This document shows positions 62,578 to 64,000 of a DNA stretch of 64,000 bases, piece by piece. Numbering within the stretch: the first letter of the stretch is position 1; each line of letters starts with the position of its first letter. The translations under genes and the position numbers were made by a program. The notes beneath the pieces were generated by a model. That model searched no databases and was not told the DNA's origin. It worked only from the letters and a program-made list of their open reading frames with translations. Where the stretch lies: contig NC_092675.1 of NCBI RefSeq assembly GCF_964355755.1, positions 17,332,912 to 17,396,911 on the forward strand, in the 5' to 3' direction. The stretch is from Antedon mediterranea (lineage: Eukaryota; Animalia; Echinodermata).

Positions 62578-64000
62578 ATTCCCAAAGGTTTTCTGAACCA
62601 ATTTTTTGTTTGCATTATATATTGTAATTATTTGTACTCATAATATAACACTACTACTACTACAGTACATTCTTAAATTCGATACGCGTTACCTGATATT
62701 CTGGCTTCCTGGTCTAAAAGGTACTTTTTACTTGGAGCTCTATTGAAGAACACACATTTCCTTCATTTTCTTATTTAAATGTTATATCTTTCACAAGTTT
62801 TCTGCATTGTTTTAAAAATAGTATCGTGCGGTACTTCCGCGCCAAATTCCGCGAGAGCTAACTTAGAAAGTTGGTGGTAAAGTATTATTTTTTTATAGGA
62901 AACATTTTACTCAATATAAACTTAAAAATATACATTATACATTATTATAGGATTTATAGATGGTGATAATATAAGTGATTTGATAGAGTACTGTATATAT
63001 TATTATGGTAGCAGCAGACATGTAAACAAAGAGAGGACCATGTACTGTTAGTTTTTTTGTCATTTTCTTTTTTTTGTCTTATGTATAGGATCGACCCACT
63101 TTTATTTCTTCATCAATAAAATGTTCGTTTACAATGCATTGCACATGAGTAATGTAATGATACAATACAATATAATTGACATTAAATAACTTTCAGTACA
63201 TCTGATATCTCACTCCGACCATTGCATTTTATATATAATAGTATAAGGAAAGAAGAAAAAAAATGTCCTCTATGTTATACACTCTTTACACGTTTTTCAA
63301 TCCTTAACAATGTACGTATAATTTACCACAGAATTCTTTATTTTATAACTCTTTTTATCTCTTTCAGGCAATCAAAAAAAAGTTATATTTTACTTTACCT
63401 AAATATCAATTTTATAAACGTTAATTTTATACCTTGCTAAATTGTTACGGTCCATATCTGACCACATTTTTGTTGCCTTTTCTTTATTTATTAAAAACTC
63501 ACAATTGATTATACCTTCTAACTCCGCAGTGAACATTAACCATGGACATTTTTTAACAAGTCCTACTAGTCTGTGTTTGACTTTACTTTTATAAACACAG
63601 AAAGTTAAAATGGAAAATATTTTTGTCATTTTCTTGGTGGTACTGTCGGGAAGATGAACCGCGAGTGTTGGGTAAAGCGGATAGTAGGCCTACCCTAGAC
63701 TTTGAGTTTCGTAGTAAAGTTAATGTAGTATAGATAACATATTTTTAATTGTTATTACCTGAAAACTTAAATAAAGAGTCTTTTTACCAACCATAATGAG
63801 CCATATCTCGCGTCGGTTTTGTTTTTTTTTTCTATTCTCAAAATCTAATTTGTTATATAGTAGATCTAAATTGAGTAAATTGTAAAATATGTAACAGGAA
63901 TGATTATCTTGCAACAACATTGAGAAGGCTCTGTGTATTATATTAGCGTAGGGAGTAGCGCCCCCAAACGGTTTGTTATGATTCCATACCCGACTTACAG

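Overview
AT-rich animal genomic DNA, most likely an invertebrate deuterostome such as an echinoderm (inference from the gene sequences and repeat content; not provable here). Host genes: (1) the last three coding exons of a SMARCA2/4 (brahma/BRG1) gene on + (2231-2384, 10188-10357, 18434-18538); (2) a 103-aa single-pass KCNE/MinK-like membrane protein on - (29620-29931); (3) a canonical tRNA-Lys(UUU) gene (49522-49594); (4) a two-exon KLF1/2/4 gene on + (54668-54742, 55377-56324) with two MEF2 consensus sites upstream. The rest is largely mobile DNA. This includes a Sola3-type element with ~640-bp TIRs and a full-length Mag-like Ty3/gypsy element interrupted 3 codons after the RT catalytic aspartates by a Harbinger-type MITE. 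It also includes Penelope-like fragments with minimal hammerhead ribozymes, Helentron/DINE-like elements, an IS3EU-like foldback, LINE ends, SINEs and MITEs. The most unusual signals are: 25-36-bp palindromes flanked by 7-8-bp direct repeats that look like P-element-type excision footprints, together with a tandem array of a candidate parent element; a repeated tRNA cloverleaf with the atypical Asp(AUC) anticodon that co-occurs with Penelope hammerheads at (TA)n tracts; and the KCNE-like gene. All calls were made by eye with no database search.
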